Assembly: GCA_965645245.1 (NCBI GenBank)
Contig: OZ287078.1
Span: forward strand, 1,984,001 to 2,048,000
DNA length: 64,000 nt
Direction: 5' to 3'
Source: Massalongia carnosa
Taxonomy: Eukaryota
Below the pieces are notes generated by a model that ran no database searches, was not told where the DNA came from, and saw only the letters and a program-made list of their open reading frames with translations. A program made the translations under genes and the position numbers. This document shows positions 60,105 to 64,000 of the stretch, piece by piece. Every line of letters begins with the position of its first letter. Within the stretch, counting starts at the first letter, position 1.

Positions 60105-63100
60105 GTAATTCGGCTCGGGCGAAAGGTAATGCCGGGACCGAGTGGAGGCAGGCCGCGGATAGCCGACGAAGGCCGAAGGTTGGATGTTGGACGGGAAGGG
60201 GAGAAAAAAGCATAAATAGGTGGCCTTTTGGCACTCTTCTCCTCATCATTACCATTGATTCGGAGTTCAGCACCAAAAGGTCTTTTGAAAGCCTTTCCCG
60301 AATTAAAAACATCTATCAATTACTCACCCCCAATCGCATCATTCCAAATCACCTTCACCTCTCATTCTATATTACCCTCCACACTGAGCCCATCATGCCT
60401 TTCCATCGCCCTCAAAGAACCATCAAGCCCTTCATCCACTTCGAAAACACCTCCAGGCCCGGTCAACGTTTCACTCGTTCCACCCGATCCCCTAGAAGAG
60501 GGGTCATAGTTTCAGAAACACAGCCTCCTTCGAACACTCAAGGTTCGGAGGGAACACTTCGGGACGATGTGGTAGACGTTCATCGAACATCGGAATCAAT
60601 CCCGGATCTGCTGTTGGATCTCCGGGCTCAGCAGGAGGCCACGGCGACAGTCCTCAGGCAGGAGGAGACCCGTCACCTTCAAAAAACAAATTGCCGACAA
60701 CTTGGCAGCCATTCAGCGCATAAGGGAGGGAAACACAGTCCCCGACGGAGACATCAAGGGACTACCCCACCTGATTCGCTGCCTCGGGGTGTATTGGCAG
60801 GTCTTGCTTCATTTGGCATCATCCGGAATAAAAGACAGTCTTTGTAGGGCCGTTCAAATCTATCAGGACCGCTTGTTGTTACATTACACCACCTACACCT
60901 GAGAGTCAGTAGGAATGTTTCATATAATCTTTCCACAGGGGTCGAGTGTACCAGGGAGTGAACGATCCGGCCGGATGGAGGAGAATCGACACCATCATCG
61001 AAAACATGTATCTTACTCGACGGACACCTAACCTGTTCATGACGGGAGGTATCACCAAACAGCGTCCGGATCACTCCCGGTAGGCGGCTCCACTGAATCA
61101 AAGCCCATGTCCTGCAATAGATACAACGCAGGGCGGGAATACAAGGACTGCAGGTATCCTCACGTCTGCAATCTCTGTTTCGGCCATCACACGAAAAACA
61201 ACTTCCTCAAGGCACATATTAGCAACCCAAATTTCATGTCAACGGGTAGACGAGATTGACTAGCCGGCACATTTTATCATGTCGCCGAAGGGTTCCCCTA
61301 TCCGCTGATAGATAAATCAGCAATCGTACTTTCAGGGCCTCTAAGAAAAGAAGGCTGGGAACTTCACCTCATGGGTCATCCGAAAAAAAAAATTACAAAC
61401 AGACCATTTACGATATAATCATGTACGGGGCCAAAATTGATTACACCGGCCCAGATCAGTTCATTCTAAGCAACAACCTGGCCTCGGCCAACGCGGCCCC
61501 AGAAATGCTGACCATGGACGTAGAGGACCAGAGGGCCAGGAACCGATTGATCGAGGTACCCACCCTACCAGCCAGATATATATGCTCCCCCTTATGCCTG
61601 ATCCTCAAAGTACACGGAGGATGGCGCCGTATTCATCACCTCTCCCATCCCGAGGGTAATTCGGTGAACGACTTCATTCCCGAAGAATGGGGCGCTCTGG
61701 AATATTTTCTTTCGACGAAGCCCTCGCCGGCGTCAGAAGAATGGGCAAGGACTGCCTACTGATCAAACGAGATCCAGCCGATGCCTTTCGCCACGTTCCA
61801 GTGGCGCAAAGCGATTGGTGGTTGCTGAGTTTTTGTTGAAACGGGGTTTACTGGATGGAACGCTTTCTTCCATTCGGCCTCAGGAGGTCTCCCTTCTTGT
61901 TTGACATATTCGCGAAAGGCCTGAACTGGATGATGATTAATTGTTCAGACCTCGGCCTAAAATCAACGATAAGAAAAATAAACAAGGCACGGTAGTCGAA
62001 TTCCTGGGCATCGAGCTGGATACACACCTCATGCAGGCACGACTACCGGCCGAAAAGCTTCAGAAAGCTAAGGATCTTGTCCAAACAACATTGAATAAAT
62101 CCACGATAACCAGAAACAAGCTAGACACTCTTGCTGGGATTTGTGGGCTTTGCAGCCAAAATGGTGGTGCCGGAAATAACTTTTCTCCGACGCCTTTTCA
62201 ACTGCAAAATCGGGCCCGCGCGCCCATTAATGAGTAACAATTCTCACATAAAAGCTGATCTTTTATGGTGGCATCATTTCCTTCCATTATGGAACGGCAT
62301 ACACATTATTAGCCCTTCGAGACCCCTGCTCCGTCTCTGGACGGATGCCAGTGGGGACTTCGTGATCGGGGCATAAATATTTCAAGGTGGTCAGACCACA
62401 CACATTGCCCGCTGAGCAAGTGGTTTCTGAACGTTATACCACCCCTTTGCAGCCAAAGTAGTGGTGCCCGAGAGAACCTTTCTTCGGCGCCTTTTCAACT
62501 GCAAAATCGGGCCCGCGCGCCCATTTATTCATGTCGATTCCCACATAAAAGCTGATCTTTTATGGTGGCATCACTTCCTTCCATTATGGAACGGCATACG
62601 CATCATCAGCCCTTCGAGGCCCCTGCTCCGTCTCTGGACGGATGCCAGCGGGGACTTCGGAATCAGGGCATACATACTCTTAGGTGGTCAGACCACACAC
62701 ACACTGCCCGCTGAGCAAGTAATATCTGAACGATACACGACTAGGCTCAGAGCCAAACATATCAATGAGAAGGAGATGACAGCGATCCTGCACGCCATAC
62801 GGCGGTGGCTCCCCCTGTGCAAGAGAGCCCATCTTCTTCTCTATTGCGACAGCTTCGCTGTAATGTCCGGGGTCAAAAAGACCTCCATGCGAGGAGGGGC
62901 CATGCACCCTCTTCGGAATATCGCCATGATGGCGGCTGTAAATGACATTGAAATCGAGCCACACTGGCTGTCGACCAAAGAAAACTTCTTAGCAGATTGG
63001 TTGTCCCCAGTATTATTTGGGAAAATCGCTGACAATTACCCCAAACTGCAGGGCATTTCATCAGACAAATAACGGCGACACACGCCCGCGACCCTCCAGA

Positions 63101-64000
63101 AACATGGTACAATGAGGTCCCGCTGGATCGTCGGGCAGCCAGATATCTATGGTGGGGCATAGCAATTAGGACTCGAGGACTATACGATGCAGCCCGAAAA
63201 AGCTACACGACCCACTGTCAGCTGGCGACGAATTTTTCCCCTTTCCAGCAACAATTCGAAGTCTTTCGGCGTGGATAGCCGCTCTAGGCCAACGGGGACT
63301 CCGTCCCAAAACTATCAAAAACTATCTAGCTGGGGTGCGATCAAGTCAATTGGACATGGGCCTAGGGGACCTGGAGGTTTCCATCAGCCAGTCCTAGACA
63401 GGATAATAGCAGGAATAAAACGGATGCACGGTGAACCCGAAAAACGAGAAAGACTACCAATCACACGCGACGTTCTGATAAAATTGCTACGAAAATTAGA
63501 CACTATTAACGAGGTCCAAGCAACACTCCATGCGGCATATAGCATCGCATTCGCTGCCTTCTTAAGAGCGGGAGAATTTACTTAAAAACAAGGAGACATG
63601 CAAGACCCCAGCTTCGATTCATGAATTTAACCAGGAAATCCGTGGACCTACGAGAAGATCGAATGATTCTCCCCTTACCATCATCGAAAACGGACCCTTT
63701 TCGAAGAGGTAGAAAAATTTACATCGCAGCAACAAACGACGAAGCATGCTCGGTCGCCTCCACCCGGAACTTGTTTACCCGGTTCCCGAAATCAGCATCG
63801 TCCCCGCTGCTCCAGGTTCAAAACAAGGCCTTCACCCGGGATTATTTGATGCAGGCTCTGCAAAACAGTCTCCGGGCGATTGGAGTTCGAGGTAATTACT
63901 CGGGTCATTCGTTTCGACGTGGGGAAGCAACAACGGCCAAGGACTTGGGCTTGCTGGAAGAAGACATTTAAACCTTGGGCCGATGGAAATCGGACTCGTA
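60105..64000 (+). mobile_element. Second decayed family-B YR retrotransposon, running off the window end
   Basis: Starts GTAATTCGGCT; colinear with 28978-33694; deletions in gag and RT; ~300-bp duplication in RNase H; YR with stops. Confidence 0.92.

Noticed and set aside
59936..60847. 303-aa ORF (and the N-terminal extension of ORF 29076-30173)
   Set aside because: Reads through flank and non-coding 5' region into gag; the homologous start is the ATG at 29349/~60395

Overview
Transposon-dense region of a filamentous ascomycete (fungal introns, fungal-type NLR). About 85% of it is nested mobile DNA. It holds a Plavaka-type transposase with a divergent SNF2-like relic, several Fot1/pogo and Tc1 elements, an intact Ty1/copia with identical LTRs plus a decayed copy, and Tad1-like LINEs. 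It also holds a TRIM, a Helitron relic, an apparently intact PIF/Harbinger element and at least six solo LTRs. Two things stand out. (1) There are four copies (three families) of Gag-RT/RNaseH-tyrosine-recombinase retrotransposons, one apparently intact (19027-23422). They lack DIRS/Ngaro long repeats, end in family-specific 8-bp inverted repeats and insert without a TSD. They appear to make three proteins from one unit: Gag, Gag-Pol by UGA-CUA readthrough, and GagN-recombinase by a conserved in-frame ~2.3-kb splice. They also share a structured 3' element. (2) There is a head-to-head pair of a SesB-like alpha/beta-hydrolase and an NB-ARC-TPR NLR. Their C- and N-termini carry matching N/G-rich motifs, a candidate amyloid-signalling module, and the pair is split by a transposon in the shared promoter. 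All calls are by eye; no searches were run.
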